Part shown: positions 63,402 to 64,000 of the stretch, piece after piece
Numbering within the stretch: the first letter of the stretch is position 1
Layout: the number at the start of each line of letters is the position of its first letter
Position numbers and translations under genes: made by a program
Notes under the pieces: model-generated
Databases searched by the model: none
What the model was told of the DNA's origin: nothing
Seen by the model: only the letters and a program-made list of their open reading frames with translations
Assembly: GCA_963783535.1 (NCBI GenBank)
Contig: CAWANX010000001.1
Location: 48,283-112,282 of the forward strand
From: an uncultured Alphaproteobacteria bacterium
GTDB lineage: Bacteria > Pseudomonadota > Alphaproteobacteria > Sphingomonadales > Sphingomonadaceae
Length of the DNA stretch: 64,000 bases
Direction of reading: 5' to 3'

Positions 63402-64000
63402 GGCCTATGCCGCGCTGGTCGCGGCGGGAGAGCTGAAGCCCGATCCCGACCAGGCCCGAGCGGTCCATGCGCTCGACCGCTTCGCCCGCAACGCCGCGAG
63501 CAAGAAGGGCGGCCTGTTCCGGCGATTGTTCGGCAAGGCCGAGCACACCCAAGGCGTCTATCTGTGGGGTGGGGTAGGACGCGGCAAATCGATGCTGATG
63601 GACCTGGCCTATGACAATATCGCCGTCGGTCCCAAGCGCCGAACCCACTTCCACGCCTTCATGCTGGAGGTGCATGCGCGGCTGCGCGAGGCGCGGAAGA
63701 GCCAGGAAGGCGATCCCGTCATCACGGTTGCTGAGCAGATCGCCGAAGAAGTGAAATTCCTCGCGTTCGACGAGATGATGGTCACCAACAGCGCCGACGC
63801 GATGATCATGTCGCGGTTGTTCACCGCATTGGTCGAAGAAGGGGTGGCGATCGTCACCACCTCCAACCGCCCGCCCATGGACCTCTACAAGGATGGGCTC
63901 AACCGTGAGCTGTTCATCCCCTTCATCGAGCTGATCGAGGCGAAAATGGAAGTGCTGCCTTTGAACGGCCCGACCGACTATCGCCTCGACCGGATGCGCG
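63385..64000 (+). CDS. zapE: AFG1/ZapE ATPase, 3'-truncated by window edge
   Basis: GVYLWGGVGRGKSMLMD, HFHAFM, FDE, TSNRPP, GLNRELF. Confidence 0.93.
   Translation, partial: MGPVGKAYAALVAAGELKPDPDQARAVHALDRFARNAASKKGGLFRRLFGKAEHTQGVYLWGGVGRGKSMLMDLAYDNIAVGPKRRTHFHAFMLEVHARLREARKSQEGDPVITVAEQIAEEVKFLAFDEMMVTNSADAMIMSRLFTALVEEGVAIVTTSNRPPMDLYKDGLNRELFIPFIELIEAKMEVLPLNGPTDYRLDRMR

Overview
High-GC alphaproteobacterial chromosome segment, most likely Sphingomonadaceae. This is inferred from gene order (no lpxC after ftsZ, nepR-phyP/phyR/ecfG layout, sdhB-PaaI-zapE) and protein style. Core content: FHA + Ser/Thr kinase + PP2C module, yfgM-bamB-der-Hpt, bfd-bfr, purL, the dcw cluster (mraZ to ftsZ, with an MFS gene inserted between ftsA and ftsZ), TPR-SPOR, dgt, argS, two SPOR genes, nagZ, scpAB, tatABC, the general stress response locus, glnE, bcp, a lower-GC accessory island (about 56.0-61.3 kb), sdhB and zapE. 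Many essential genes carry single-base frameshifts, so this looks like an unpolished long-read assembly, and apparent fusions or pseudogenes need care. Most interesting observations: (1) a Pho-box-preceded Nudix::DUF47 fusion plus PiT operon; (2) same-strand GTCCGCTT(T)CC repeats at gene boundaries of the accessory island, resembling a cassette array; (3) an unannotated sRNA with C-rich loops behind tandem EcfG promoters, antisense to the tatC 3' end; (4) palindromic repeats inside murD and across the murC/murB junction; (5) a dcw promoter with stacked DnaA, LexA, CtrA-like and 10-bp-period sites. I saw no rRNA, tRNA, CRISPR array, transposase or integrase.
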